NCBI GenBank assembly: GCA_943788405.1
Contig: CALSQD010000002.1
Location: forward strand, 172,850-236,849
Source of the DNA: an uncultured Flavobacteriales bacterium
GTDB taxonomy: Bacteria > Bacteroidota > Bacteroidia > Flavobacteriales > BACL11
Reading direction: 5' to 3'
DNA: 64,000 nucleotides
Part shown: positions 10,090 to 20,700 of the stretch, one piece after another
Layout of the letters: every line of letters starts with the position of its first letter
Position numbering within the stretch: the stretch's first letter is position 1
The notes under the pieces: generated by a model
The model's input: the letters and a program-made list of their open reading frames with translations, nothing else
What the model was told of the DNA's origin: nothing
Database searches by the model: none
Position numbers and translations under genes: made by a program

Positions 10090-11375
10090 GTCTTCATTTT
10101 TTTCTTTTTAGCAGCAGGGAACAGAATGTTATTAAGTATTAAGCGGTAACCTGGAGAATTTGGATGTAGTGATAAGTCAGTCTTTGGGTCTCCTACTTTA
10201 TGCTGATAATCTTCAGGGTCATGTCCTCCATAGAAAGTCCAAGTTCCATTACCAAGTTTTCCATGTATATAACGGGCTTCATTACTTGCTTTTGTTTCTC
10301 CCATTATCAGTACATCTGATTTTATATACTCGTTTTTAAAAGCAGTAGTCTGCCCCATAAATCCTTTAATAACTTGCATGTGGTTTTGGCATAGCATAGT
10401 AGGGATAGGGTCCCATTTTGCTGAAAAATCAAATAGCGTAAAAAAATCAATTTTTGGGTTTATCCTTCTTTTTTGTGTAGCATCAATACTTGAAAACTCA
10501 TATTGATTTGGATTTTTTACTAAAGTAAAATCTTTAAAAGCAAGGGTTTTGCTAAAGTCAAGGTTAGCTTCTGCATTTGGGTCGGCAGCATCACCATCAA
10601 ACATATGTTGGCAAATATCACTTCCTTCAGCTGCTAAGGCAATGTCATAACTATCGGTTGCGCTACACATGGCAAATAAAAATCCGCCAGCATTTACAAA
10701 GTCTTTTATTTTTTTAGCAACCGCTAATTTTTCCTCCGAAACTTTATTATACCCTAGTTTTTTGGCTAATTTCTCGTAAGCTATTTTTTGGTCCTTGTAC
10801 CAAGTAGCGTTTTTGAATGATGCATAAAACTTTCCGTATTGCCCTGTAAAATCTTCATGGTGTAAATGTAGCCAATCATACATAGGTAATAATCCACTGA
10901 GTACTTCCTCATCATACACCACCTCATAAGGAATCTCGGCATAGGTAAGTGCCATGGTTACAGCATCATCCCAAGGTTGTTTGTTACTAGGAGAATATAT
11001 TGCAATTTTAGGTGCTTTTTCCAGTCGTACTATATCCTGGTTTACTTCAGGGCTTGCAATGGATTGCAGTATTTGTGTGGATTGTACATCTGCAATTAGT
11101 TGATAGGAAACGCCTCTAATATTACATTCATTTTCAATGGTAGAGTGTTGCTTTATCATAAAGCTACCTCCTTGATAGTTGAGTAGCCAATCCACTTTTA
11201 GATCATGCTCAATTGCATAAAATGCAATACCATATGCCTTTAAATGGTTGCTTTGTCTTTCATCCATAGGGATAAAAATATAAGCAGCTTTTGCAGAGAA
11301 AATAATACTGCAGAATAGTAAAAGTAAACTTAGTTTTTTAATGATTTTAGAATGGAGCATCATTATTTTCATCAT
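10086..11375 (-). CDS. conserved hypothetical secreted protein
   Basis: 429-aa ORF with an N-terminal signal-like segment KKLSLLLLFCSIIFSAKA. I recognise no catalytic motif. The start may be one of the internal Met codons (11360-11363). Confidence 0.55.
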   Translation of the reverse strand: MMKIMMLHSKIIKKLSLLLLFCSIIFSAKAAYIFIPMDERQSNHLKAYGIAFYAIEHDLKVDWLLNYQGGSFMIKQHSTIENECNIRGVSYQLIADVQSTQILQSIASPEVNQDIVRLEKAPKIAIYSPSNKQPWDDAVTMALTYAEIPYEVVYDEEVLSGLLPMYDWLHLHHEDFTGQYGKFYASFKNATWYKDQKIAYEKLAKKLGYNKVSEEKLAVAKKIKDFVNAGGFLFAMCSATDSYDIALAAEGSDICQHMFDGDAADPNAEANLDFSKTLAFKDFTLVKNPNQYEFSSIDATQKRRINPKIDFFTLFDFSAKWDPIPTMLCQNHMQVIKGFMGQTTAFKNEYIKSDVLIMGETKASNEARYIHGKLGNGTWTFYGGHDPEDYQHKVGDPKTDLSLHPNSPGYRLILNNILFPAAKKKKMKT

Positions 11376-12834
11376 TCATACTTGATGACATGGATAGCAT
11401 GGAAGAATTATCGCCATCTTCATCATCAAAACCACCGCCATCAAAATAATCTAAATCAGAGAATTTAGCAAATTCACCTGTAAATTTCAAACGAACATTG
11501 GCTAGTGAACCATTCCTGTGTTTTGCAATGATTACTTCTCCTTGCCCTCTGGAATCATCTCCATTATCCCATTCATATATCTTATAGTATTCAGGACGAT
11601 AAATAAAGGTTACAATATCAGCATCTTGCTCAATTGCACCAGATTCCCTAAGGTCAGAAAGCATAGGTCGTTTACTTCCAACTCCCGTACGGCTTTCCAC
11701 CCCTCTATTTACTTGGGATAGAGCAATAACTGGAATTTTTAATTCCTTAGCAATTCCTTTAAGTGATCTGGAAATTGTAGAAATTTCCTGTTCTCTATTT
11801 CCACCCTTTCCCCCAGCACTCATTAATTGTAGGTAGTCAATCATAATAATTCCCACTCCATGATTTTTTACTAGCCTTCTTGCTTTTGCTCTTAATTCAA
11901 AAACTGAAAGTCCAGGAGTATCATCAATATAAATAGGTGCTTCAGTTAAATGCTTTATTTTTTCGTGTAATTGCACCATTTCATGGTCAGCTAAATCACC
12001 TTTACGCAATTTACTTGCTCCTAATTCCGCCTCACTAGCAATTAGCCTGTTTACCAATTGTTCAGCTGACATCTCTAAAGAGAAGAAGCCAATTGGAGTA
12101 TCATGATCAACAGCAACATTTCTTGCCATAGTTAAGGCAAAAGCAGTTTTACCCATACCAGGTCTTGCAGCACAAATAACTAAATCAGACTTTTGCCAAC
12201 CAGAAGTAATTCTGTCCAAATTTGAAAATCCTGAAGGAATTCCACTTAATCCATCTTCTTTGTTTCTTAAGGTTTCAATATTTTCAAGAGCTCCTTTAAT
12301 TAAGGTACTCATCTTATCGTAACTTTTCCTAAGGGTACCTTCCGTTACAGTAAATAGTTTTTCTTCAGCAGTATTTAATAAATCAAAGATATCCACTGAA
12401 TCGTTAAATGCATCTCCAATGATATTGTTGGAAATACTTATAAGTGAACGCTTAATGAATTTTTCGGCAATGATACGGGCATGAAATTCAGTATTGGAAG
12501 AAGAAGCTACATTATTAGTAAGCTCAGAAATATAAGCTAGTCCTCCAACAAATTCCAATTCCTCCATGCGCTTCAATTCTTCTGAAACGGTAAGAATATC
12601 AACTGGTTGTGTATGGTTGAAAAGATTTACAATAGCTTCAAAAATTCTTTGATGTTCGGCCTTGTAAAAATATTCAGCTTGTAGGGAGTCAATGGCATCC
12701 GATAAGGACTCATTGTCAATCATTAAAGCACCAAGTACAGCTTGTTCTAGCTCAATTGCTTGAGGTTGTAATTTACCATCAATCTTTGCAGTTGTGGTTG
12801 CCTTTAATGTTCTTTGTCCTACTTTTTTTGCCAT
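11347..12834 (-). CDS. dnaB: replicative DNA helicase DnaB
   Basis: 495 aa with the N-terminal EQAVLGALMID, Walker A ARPGMGKTAFAL, IIMIDYLQLM and a RecA-like C-terminal domain. Confidence 0.95.
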   Translation of the reverse strand: MAKKVGQRTLKATTTAKIDGKLQPQAIELEQAVLGALMIDNESLSDAIDSLQAEYFYKAEHQRIFEAIVNLFNHTQPVDILTVSEELKRMEELEFVGGLAYISELTNNVASSSNTEFHARIIAEKFIKRSLISISNNIIGDAFNDSVDIFDLLNTAEEKLFTVTEGTLRKSYDKMSTLIKGALENIETLRNKEDGLSGIPSGFSNLDRITSGWQKSDLVICAARPGMGKTAFALTMARNVAVDHDTPIGFFSLEMSAEQLVNRLIASEAELGASKLRKGDLADHEMVQLHEKIKHLTEAPIYIDDTPGLSVFELRAKARRLVKNHGVGIIMIDYLQLMSAGGKGGNREQEISTISRSLKGIAKELKIPVIALSQVNRGVESRTGVGSKRPMLSDLRESGAIEQDADIVTFIYRPEYYKIYEWDNGDDSRGQGEVIIAKHRNGSLANVRLKFTGEFAKFSDLDYFDGGGFDDEDGDNSSMLSMSSSMNDENNDAPF

Positions 12835-12837
12835 TTC

Positions 12838-13791
12838 TTATTCCTTTACAAATCCCATATTTGAGAATTTTTCCATTCTATTGTTTACTAAAGTTTCTTT
12901 ATTAGTATCAATAAATTCTTTAATTGCTTTTGCAATTGACTTTTTAACTATCTTAAAAGTTTCTTCAGGGAAAGTATGCGCTCCTCCTAAAGGTTCTTTA
13001 ATGATTTCATCTACTAAACCAATTCCTTTCATATCAGTAGCTGTTAACTTTAAAGCATCAGCTGCAGTTTCTTTGTGCTCCCAACTTCCCCATAAAATTG
13101 TAGAACAATTTTCAGGAGAAATAACAGAATACCAAGCATTATTAAGCATCAATATTTTGTCACCAACACCTATTCCTAAAGCACCCCCTGAAGCTCCTTC
13201 ACCAATAATAACAACAATGATAGGTACTTCTAGTTTTGTCATTTCAAGGATGTTACGAGCAATTGCTTCCCCTTGTCCTCTTTCTTCAGCTTCTAATCCT
13301 GGAAAAGCTCCTGGAGTATCCACTAAACAAACTACAGGTTTCCCAAATTTTTCGGCCATTTTCATTAGCCTTAATGCTTTTCTATATCCTTCCGGATTAG
13401 CCATTCCAAAGTTACGGAATTGCCTTTGTTTAGTGTTTCTTCCTTTTTGTTGGCCAATAAACATAACAGATTGCTTGTTAATTGTACCCCAACCGCCAAC
13501 CATAGCCTTGTCATCTCTCACACCTCTATCACCATGCAATTCGATAAAATCACCATCAGATAAAGCTTCAATATAATCCAAAGTATAAGGTCTTTGAGGG
13601 TGACGAGAAAGTTGTACTTTCTCCCAGGAAGTTAAACTTCCATAAATTTCTTCTCTAGTTTTTTTGATTTTTGCTTCAATATCAGTTACCGTTTTACTGA
13701 CATCAACAGCTCCATCATCACCTAGTTCTTTGGCTTTTTCAAGCTTAGTAATTAGTTCTTCTATTGGTTTTTCAAATGCTAAATAATCCAT
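12838..13791 (-). CDS. accA: acetyl-CoA carboxylase carboxyltransferase alpha subunit
   Basis: [13 protein letters not shown]..., [10 protein letters not shown] and [12 protein letters not shown] prefer the ATG at 13791 over the TTG-started track ORF (13818). Confidence 0.9.
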   Translation of the reverse strand: MDYLAFEKPIEELITKLEKAKELGDDGAVDVSKTVTDIEAKIKKTREEIYGSLTSWEKVQLSRHPQRPYTLDYIEALSDGDFIELHGDRGVRDDKAMVGGWGTINKQSVMFIGQQKGRNTKQRQFRNFGMANPEGYRKALRLMKMAEKFGKPVVCLVDTPGAFPGLEAEERGQGEAIARNILEMTKLEVPIIVVIIGEGASGGALGIGVGDKILMLNNAWYSVISPENCSTILWGSWEHKETAADALKLTATDMKGIGLVDEIIKEPLGGAHTFPEETFKIVKKSIAKAIKEFIDTNKETLVNNRMEKFSNMGFVKE

Positions 13792-13893
13792 TGTATTTTT
13801 ATTTAAAAAGGAGAACAAAGTTAAATAAAATGATTTGTCTACCCTTTAAAATTTTGAGTTGATTATTTTTGTTGTTGAAAACTAAAATCAATT

Positions 13894-14652
13894 ATGATTG
13901 TATACCCGAACGCCAAAATAAATATAGGACTTAATGTGCTTGAAAAACGATCGGATGGCTATCATGAATTGTCCTCTGTTTTTTATCCGGTAAAGGAATT
14001 GTGCGATATTTTAGAAATTATTCCTGCTTCTGATTTTTCTTTTTCAAGTACGGGTATTTCCGTTCCAGGAAATAGTAATATTTGCGCAAATGCCTTTGAA
14101 TTGTTAAAAGAAGACTTTGGAATTGGAAATGTAAAAATTCATTTACACAAACAAATTCCTATTGGAGCTGGGCTAGGAGGTGGTTCGGCTGATGGGGCGT
14201 TTACCTTAAAAGCTTTGAATAAACTATTTGATTTGAAAATTACAAATAAAGAGTTAGAAAAGTACGCTTTGCAATTGGGTGCTGATTGTCCGTTTTTTAT
14301 TGATAATACCCCAAAATATGTAACAGGAATAGGGGAGAAAATGACTGCTATTGATTTGGATTTATCAGATTATGAATTGAAGTTTATTTTTCCTGATTTG
14401 CATATTTCTACTGCTGAGGCTTATGGAGGAGTTAGTCCAAAAATACCTGAAATAAGTTTGTTGAATTTAATAAAGCAACCCATAGAAAACTGGAAAGGGG
14501 AGGTGAAAAATGATTTTGAAATTTCTGCTTTTGAAAAACACCCTAAACTAGCAAAAATGAAAGAAAAGCTATATGCTGATGGCGCTATTTACGCAAGTAT
14601 GACTGGAAGTGGGAGTGTGATTTATGGGATAGTAAAAGAATTATTCGTTTAG
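13894..14652 (+). CDS. ispE: 4-diphosphocytidyl-2-C-methyl-D-erythritol kinase
   Basis: 252 aa with AKINIGLNVLEKRSDGYHEL and the GHMP kinase motif PIGAGLGGGSADGA. Confidence 0.85.
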   Translation: MIVYPNAKINIGLNVLEKRSDGYHELSSVFYPVKELCDILEIIPASDFSFSSTGISVPGNSNICANAFELLKEDFGIGNVKIHLHKQIPIGAGLGGGSADGAFTLKALNKLFDLKITNKELEKYALQLGADCPFFIDNTPKYVTGIGEKMTAIDLDLSDYELKFIFPDLHISTAEAYGGVSPKIPEISLLNLIKQPIENWKGEVKNDFEISAFEKHPKLAKMKEKLYADGAIYASMTGSGSVIYGIVKELFV

Positions 14653-15264
14653 TATAATAGGAGTTAATTTCATTTTCAAGTTATCATATTCTTCTTGCGT
14701 AATTATTTCAAGATTTAAGAAATCTTTTGCTTCTTTTAATTTTTTGAGTGCTTCTTTTTTCTGCATTTTCCCGTTCGGGTATATTATTTCCCCAGTTAAG
14801 ATTGCATTGTCTATAGAGGATATCGTGTAGAATATATTCCTCATGCTAGAGTTTGAAACAGTAATGTATTCAAAAGCAATTAGTTCTTTTTTAACCAATA
14901 AATAATTAATCTGAATATTTTCAATAATGAGTTTAAGTTCTAAGTTTTCTGGAATTTCTGACATAGGAGATAAAATGCTGAAAAGTTTAATCTTTCCTAT
15001 CATTATAGAGGAGAATATCTTTTTTGTACTACCGGAAATACTTGCAGTTTGATTAGTATTTGGGATTCCTAAAATTAAAGTATCACCAATTTTAAGAGTT
15101 GAATTGTCTTGTAGTTGAAAGTAGTTGAAATTATGATGTTTCTTATAAATATCTTTTAGATCCTCTTGATTTATTATCTTGATTGATAACGTGTCAGATT
15201 GTTGAGATTTGGATATTATTGGGTTTAAGATATAAAATGTGAGAAGTAGAATGATATTTTTCAT
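14641..15264 (-). CDS. hypothetical exported protein with SHOCT-like C-terminal motif
   Basis: N-terminal MKNIILLLTFYILNPIISKSQ (ATG at 15264; the track ORF starts at an upstream TTG). The C-terminal IITQEEYDNLKMKL resembles a SHOCT domain. Confidence 0.5.
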   Translation of the reverse strand: MKNIILLLTFYILNPIISKSQQSDTLSIKIINQEDLKDIYKKHHNFNYFQLQDNSTLKIGDTLILGIPNTNQTASISGSTKKIFSSIMIGKIKLFSILSPMSEIPENLELKLIIENIQINYLLVKKELIAFEYITVSNSSMRNIFYTISSIDNAILTGEIIYPNGKMQKKEALKKLKEAKDFLNLEIITQEEYDNLKMKLTPIILNE

Positions 15265-15318
15265 AAAGATATTATTTATACAATAACACAAAAAGTAGTT
15301 ACCGATTTAAATAAGGGT

Positions 15319-16791
15319 TTATTTAACCCTAAAAGTAAAGGAATAGAAATCGGCAAAATCATAAGTTGGAGATGCAATTGTATCTCCTGCCATATTTTTA
15401 AATAGAATTTCTCCATTTACTCCAACTTTTTCAGGATTACTATTGCGTTCCCACCAATGTCTAATCATTCCGTCTTGCTTTTTGTCTTTAATAATCCAAG
15501 TATAAATACCAGTCTTTAATATTAGGGTATCAGAAAATATAGTATTTTCAGGGAACTCAGCTCGTTCTTTTATAATTTGACTATTATTATCAATAATTAT
15601 ATAGCTATTTTCTTTTGCTCTATTGTTGTCATTTGTTTTAATAATAAGTATAACCTCATTTGGAAAAAAGGAAGGTAAATCCCAAATTGATTCAGCATAA
15701 TTATTTAAGTGTTGCTCATCTTTATTGTTGTTTACAGCATCAATTACAACATAAAACTCAATAGTGCTATCTAAATTATTCATACTTAATTGCGGGAGGG
15801 TTATTAATTCTTCTTCTAAAAAATTTAAATAACCATACCAAGTATATTCTTGAGTATTTTCTCCTTTTACCCCATATTTAAAATGAATATTTCTGATAAT
15901 TCCACTTCCGTCATTTCGAATTTTAATTGTTGGTGTACCATCATTTATATTTAAATTTCTCCTGTAGCGTAGGGCATTATTTGGCGTTATAATTTCTAAT
16001 ATAGCTGCATCATTTTTAAAATTAGGACTTCCATAGCTTATTAATTGGTGTGACATAAGATAATTACCATTTTTCTCTCCATTTTCTTCAAACATCTCTA
16101 TTTGATAATCAACTGTAAGACTGTCAATTTCTACTTTATCTTCTACTTCAAAGTCATAAGTGTCAATTGCTGTTCCTGGGCACCAACCTGCACGATCAAA
16201 TTGCCAAGTTCCCCCTTGAGGGTGTATAGGATTGTGTCCGCAATCCTTCCATACAGTCCAATTAAATACACTTTCATCTGAAAACCGATAACTATGTATT
16301 TTTTCATCCCATTCGCAACAATTATAAGGGCCAAAATGACCATGTCCACTTATTCTAGCTTTTAATCTAAAACCATAAGCATTTTCTAATAAAGGTATTT
16401 TTTTACTTTTTAAAACATTGTTTAAAGCTAAATCTTCATATTTATAGTTTCCATAAGGCCAAACATTTTCAACTCTTAAGACATTTCTGTTTGGCTTTCC
16501 TTTTATGAATATGAATTTTAAATCATGTAATTCTTGATTGTTTCCATGCTCTATTCGTTTATCTCCTTTAAGAATTGTAGCGTAATCTGATACATCCCAT
16601 ATGTACTCCCAACCATCTTCCGTTAAATTAAGTCTAAGTCCGTATGGTGTAACAAAACTATTAATTTCAATTTGTTCTTCAGTTGAGTCATTTTTACTGA
16701 TAAATATTGAAGTATTTGTGCTGTAGTCCCATTCTCCACATGGGAATTTATCTCTTTTTGTTGACTGATCACATTTTATGCTTTGCACCAT
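15319..16791 (-). CDS. PNGase F-like (peptide-N-glycosidase F family) protein; the reading frame stays open upstream to 17061 and encodes a lipoprotein signal peptide but has no start codon
   Basis: CGEWDY, FVTPYG, ARISGHGH, CCEWDE and TWQFDRAGWCPG align with my recollection of PNGase F (CDEWDRY, FITPYW, TTISGWGH, CAEW, NWAPDRAGWCPG). See findings for the start-codon problem. Confidence 0.7.
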   Translation of the reverse strand: MVQSIKCDQSTKRDKFPCGEWDYSTNTSIFISKNDSTEEQIEINSFVTPYGLRLNLTEDGWEYIWDVSDYATILKGDKRIEHGNNQELHDLKFIFIKGKPNRNVLRVENVWPYGNYKYEDLALNNVLKSKKIPLLENAYGFRLKARISGHGHFGPYNCCEWDEKIHSYRFSDESVFNWTVWKDCGHNPIHPQGGTWQFDRAGWCPGTAIDTYDFEVEDKVEIDSLTVDYQIEMFEENGEKNGNYLMSHQLISYGSPNFKNDAAILEIITPNNALRYRRNLNINDGTPTIKIRNDGSGIIRNIHFKYGVKGENTQEYTWYGYLNFLEEELITLPQLSMNNLDSTIEFYVVIDAVNNNKDEQHLNNYAESIWDLPSFFPNEVILIIKTNDNNRAKENSYIIIDNNSQIIKERAEFPENTIFSDTLILKTGIYTWIIKDKKQDGMIRHWWERNSNPEKVGVNGEILFKNMAGDTIASPTYDFADFYSFTFRVK

Positions 16792-17032
16792 TAGTATTTT
16801 ACGCCACTCTCCTTTCTCTGGAAAATGAGCGATAGTATCATATACTTGTTTACCTTCTTTACTAGGTGATGGTGTTTGGTAAGTTATAACATGTACGCTT
16901 AGGGTGTCTTCTGCAAAAGAAGAAGTGATTGAATTTGTTTCTTGATTGGAACATCCTATTACAAGAAGAATAAGTAAAAAAATACTTCCAAAGCTAAAAG
17001 TTAAACTACTGTTTCTGATAAATGATTTAGGT

Positions 17033-17665
17033 TCAAGATAATTTAAGAGGATTATCTTTGATTAATTTTAGGGTGCTAATATACAAATTTTTATTTCTAT
17101 AATTATAACGATATTCACATTCCTTTAAATGTATAAAGAACTTGTGCTTATGTATTCCTCTAAACCTTGATAATCTCACTTTACATAAACCCCAAAAGTT
17201 CTCAATTCCGTTAATATGATTTTTTCCTTTTGCAAATTCATTATGACTATGATAAATACGATAAAGCTTTTTATAACCAAATTCTGCTAAGCCATCATAA
17301 GTTCTCCATTCATCACTATATATTGTAGATTCTTTAGCTGCTTTTTCTTCTATTATCGGTAGTAATTCTTTAGCAGAACAGTTCTTTATTATCTGGGTAT
17401 AAACTTTCCCATCACTTTAATATTCCAAAAACAGGGACTTTCTTATACGCATCTCTACCTCTCTTTCCTCTCACTCTTCTTGGTTCGAACCAACTTTCAT
17501 CAATCTCAATCTCACCCTTTCCATGAACATTCTCTTAGTCGCATTGTTCTGCTATTCTAAGTCGAATTTTATCAAAGATCTTAATGATAGTTGGTCGACT
17601 AACTCCAATTAATTCACTTACCTTATTTGCTTCAATTTCTAAGCAAATTAAAAAATTAATTTTTC
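17033..17665 (-). mobile_element. degenerate IS1595-family (ISXO2-like DDE, IS1016-like size) element; transposase pseudogene
   Basis: My minus-strand translation reads ...LEIEANKVSELIGVSRPTIIKIFDKIRLRIAEQCD*ENVHGKGEIEIDESWFEPRRVRGKRGRDAYKKVPVFGILK, then a frameshift near 17411-17420, then SDGKVYTQIIKNCSAKELLPIIEEKAAKESTIYSDEWRTYDG...HINGIENFWGLCKVRLSRFRGIHKHKFFIHLKECEYRYNY...*. There is an in-frame TAA at 17535-17537 and the N-terminal part is decayed. Confidence 0.75.
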
Positions 17666-17777
17666 ATTAAACGCTTGTTTGGCGCAATAATTGTTAGCAA
17701 AAGCTGTTGAAAACTTCACTTCCTCTCTTTTAGTGTAAGGGCTAATTTCTCTACTTTTAAATCTGATAAGAAATCCT

Positions 17778-20700
17778 ATGCCTAAAATTGTAAAAATCAT
17801 TCTTTTATCACTGCTTTGTAGTGTTAATGTTATAGCTCAAAATACAGAATCAAATGAAGCAATTGCTTTGTTTTTGGAGGGGAAGTATAGTGCTGCACAA
17901 GCTTTGTGTCAACAAGAAATTATTAATGATGCATCAGATGAGAATGCTCATTATTATAATGCAAAGTGCTCAAAGGAACTATTTGCTTCTGATGCAATTT
18001 TCTTGTATGAAAAATTTCTGTTGGATTTTCCTTTTACCACTTTTAAGGATGAGGTGAATGAGGATTTAGCTTTGTTGTATTACAGGGGTTTGGATTATTT
18101 AAAAGCAATTAATTATTTCTTGCAATTAAAAAATATAGAGGATTTTCCTCATTTAACTTTCAAGTTGGCTTACGCTAATTTCAGTATTGATTCTTTGGTA
18201 GATGCACAATATTATTTTTCAAAACTTGTCAATATTGAAAGTAAGTATGCAGCTACTGCCCAGTACTATTCAGCCTATATTGCTTATGAAAACGGCTTAT
18301 ACAAAACGGCTTTAAACGGCTTTAGAAATTTAACTCCTGACGAACAGTTTGGCGCAATCGCTCCTTATTACATTACTCAGGTTTACTTTTTTCAGCAAAA
18401 CTATAAGCAGTTAATTACATTTGCTTCACCGCTTATTGAGGGTGTTATTCCTTCAAGAAAAGCAGAAGTAAATCGTTTGCTAGCGGAAGCGTATTATCGT
18501 ACTGAAGATTATGAGAATGCTATTGTTCATTTTAATGCCTATGTTCAACAGGGAGAACAGGTAAATCCTATAGTACATTTTTTATTGGGTCAATCATATT
18601 TTAAAATAAGTCAATTTGAAAATGCAATTGATAATTTAGAAAAAGTGAGCAATACTGTTGATAGTGTTGCTCAGCATGCTACTTATTGTTTAGGGTCTTC
18701 TTATTTAGAGGTTGAGCAGTTTAATTATGCTTTGCAAGCTTTTAAAAAGTCAGCAACTTATACTTACAATTTAGAACTTCAGGAAGATGCATTTTATAAT
18801 TATGCAAAATTATCCTATCAGTTAGATTTACCTTTTGATAATACTTTGGAAGTGCTTAAAACTTATTTGGAAAAGTATGATAATGCTTTGCATAAAAAAG
18901 AGATTGAAACCTTAATGGTTCAAACTTTTCAGGGTAGCAGTAAGTATGATGAGGCTTTTGAAGCTTTAAAAGATATTCATTTGCCTAATAATGAGCAGCA
19001 AAAATCAATGCAACAATTGGCTTTTTTCTTAGGAGTAAAAGAATATAATAAGACCAATTATAATGATGCGCTTTCTTATTTTCAGTCAGCTACTCAATAT
19101 CCTGTGGATGATAAAATAGCTTATGTAAATGCTTTTTGGTTGGCGGATTGTTATTATCAGTTAAATAATTTTGAAAAATCAGCTGAAATATACACTAGTC
19201 TAGCAGTGAATAGTACTGCTGACTTAGAAGTCTATAATAGTCTAAAACAATACAATTTAGCTTATGCTTATTTTCAGCAAAGTGAGTATGTTTTAGCAAA
19301 TACTTACTTCAGGAAATATGAAAAACTAGCAACTGATAGTATGCATTTGAATGATGCTTATTTGAGAATTGCAGATTGCTTTTTTATGACTCAAGAATAT
19401 TCTTTGTCGGAGAAATATTATGAAAAGGCAATCGCCTATTCCTTGTTTGATGGAGATTATGCTGTTTACAAGCGATCAGTTGCTTTAGGTTTGGTTGGTA
19501 AAAATATTGCTAAAGTGAAATTATTAACTCAGTTAACAACTGATTTTTTAACATCAGCCTATTATGATGATGCATTGTATGATTTGGCGCGTTATTATAA
19601 AAATAATGCCAAAAATGATTTGGCGATTAGCTATTATGATAAGCTTTTAGTTGAAACCAGTGACGAACAATTTATTGCCGATTCCCATTTGAGTAAAGGT
19701 ATGATTTACTTTAATAGCGGTTCAGTAGATAAAGCGATTACTTCCTTCTTGTTTGTGGTGAATAATTTTCAGCAAACTATCTATTTTAAAGAGGCTTTAT
19801 CAGGAATGCAGGCGGCTTATGTGAGTTTGGCTAAGGTGGATGAGTATTTGGCAATTGTAAATGGTTTGCCTGAAATAAGTATCAGTAGGGCAGAACAAGA
19901 TTCTTTGACTTACAATACAGCTTTTATGAAATTTTCAGAGGGTGATTATGCAGTAGCACATACTACTTTTGGTCAGTATTTAAATAAATTTGAGAATGGA
20001 ATATTTAAAATTGATGCAACTTATTTCAATGCGATATCTTCATTAAAAATTGGTGATACTACTATTGCAGTGCAAATGTATATTGACTTGATTGGTGTTT
20101 CGAATACTGATTATCAGCAATCAGCTTTAAGTTTTTTAGGGCGTAAATATTATGCGGATGATGATTATGCAAATTCAAATATCTATTATCAAACTTTAGA
20201 AAAAGTAGCAGAAAATAACTCTTTGAAAAGAGAGGCTGTTATTCGTTTAATGTATGGAAATGAAAAGCTAAATACGGAACTGGCTTACAAATACGCACAG
20301 CAGGTTTTGGAATTGGATAAAACAGATGATTGGTTAATGAGTAAGGCAAAAATTATTATTGCTCGTTATCAGTTTGCTAGTGGGAATTATGCAAAATCCA
20401 AAATGACTTTTGAAAAAGTTGTAGAATTATCGGCTTATGATGAGGGGGCAGAGGCTAAATATCATTTGGCATATTTAACTTATTTAGATGATAGTCTTGT
20501 GTTGGCTGAGAAGATGATTTTTGAGTTGGCAGAGAATTATAGTAGTGATCATTTTATTGCGAAAGCATTTATATTGTTGGCTGATATCTATGTGGTACAA
20601 GAAAATGACTTTCAGGCTAAAGCAACTTTGGAAAGTATTATTGAAAATCATGATGGAGAGGAATTGTTAAATATTGCGCGTAAAAAATGGGAATTAATAG

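Noticed and set aside
12794-13576. A 260-aa plus-strand ORF lying antisense to accA and the dnaB 5' end, unusually long for an AT-rich genome.
   Set aside because: It lies entirely within well-supported genes on the other strand. Its product is low-complexity (S/P/I/L-rich) with no motifs. It sits in the antisense register where stops arise only from sense NNT-TAN, NNC-TAN or NNT-CAN junctions, so long shadow ORFs are expected there. The same reasoning applies to 31607..32128 (antisense to lon), 55030..55470, 34989..35231, 35050..35241 and the other short overlapping track ORFs.
15111-15130. Perfect tandem duplication GTAGTTGAAA x2.
   Set aside because: It lies inside an intact ORF (encoding NFNYFQLQ) and does not disturb the frame. 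Two copies of a 10-mer in AT-rich coding DNA are most simply explained by chance or codon repetition.
17014-17769. An 8-bp direct repeat TCTGATAA at 17014-17021 and 17762-17769 that could be the 8-bp target-site duplication of the IS1595-type element (element length would be about 740 bp).
   Set aside because: I found no terminal inverted repeats inside these positions. An 8-mer match between two AT-rich ~60-nt windows is not very improbable. Conceptual excision does not restore a start codon for the PNGase-like gene. The left copy also lies inside the signal-peptide coding region. I keep it only as a hypothesis.
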